In this document: piece by piece, positions 63,818 through 64,000 of the stretch
Numbering within the stretch: position 1 is the first letter of the stretch
How the letters are laid out: each line of letters begins with the position of its first letter
DNA from: Histomonas meleagridis 2922-C6/04-290x
Taxonomy: Eukaryota; Protista; Parabasalia
Assembly (NCBI GenBank): GCA_020184695.1
Contig: JAANOX010000121.1
Location: forward strand, 1-64,000
Length of the DNA: 64,000 nt
Direction of reading: 5' to 3'
Made by a program: the position numbers and the translations under genes
Notes under the pieces: model-generated
Told to the model about the DNA's origin: nothing
What the model saw: only the letters and a program-made list of their open reading frames with translations
Databases searched by the model: none

Positions 63818-64000
63818 TTCCTTTAACGTTCAACAAAAAAAGAAAAACATTTTTATTTAGAAGAAATAAATCAAAATAAATTGTTCAGAAAAATGGATTT
63901 TCTTGAAAAAGTTCAGTAGAAGTGTTATTAGGTTCATTGTTATTTTGTGTATCAAATTCAGATTTTTCTCTTCTCCATGTAAATTTCTTTTTCTTTGTAT

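Overview
This is an AT-rich, gene-dense, apparently intron-free stretch of a eukaryotic genome. It is most consistent with a parabasalid (Tritrichomonas/Histomonas-like; inferred from Inr- and M3-type promoter motifs, DUF3447-ankyrin genes, R2R3 Myb, divergent Rabs and bacterial-type enzymes). It holds about 35 protein genes: cell cycle (cyclin, CDC23), trafficking (Rabs, GRIP golgin, SFT2, ChAPs), flagellar (KAP3, IFT22, DNAI7, CCDC112) and glyco/proteolytic enzymes. It also contains two badly degraded genes in the first 2.7 kb, one defective IS630/Tc1 element, and two nested non-autonomous TA-flanked elements with long TIRs. The most unusual signal is in two paralogous DUF3447-ankyrin genes (12314-14270 + and 55642-53583 -). 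In both, intact 29-30 aa ankyrin modules are separated, exactly where the 4-aa beta-hairpin should be, by AT-rich spacers of 20-nt units. Spacer lengths are 63, 80, 80, 80 in the first gene and 120, 80, 80, 40, 60 nt in the second. All but the 63-nt spacer shift frame or contain stops. There are no consistent GT-AG ends, and each array finishes with an intact C-cap module. This pattern suggests an unrecognised processing or recoding step, although decay of an amplified minisatellite is not excluded.
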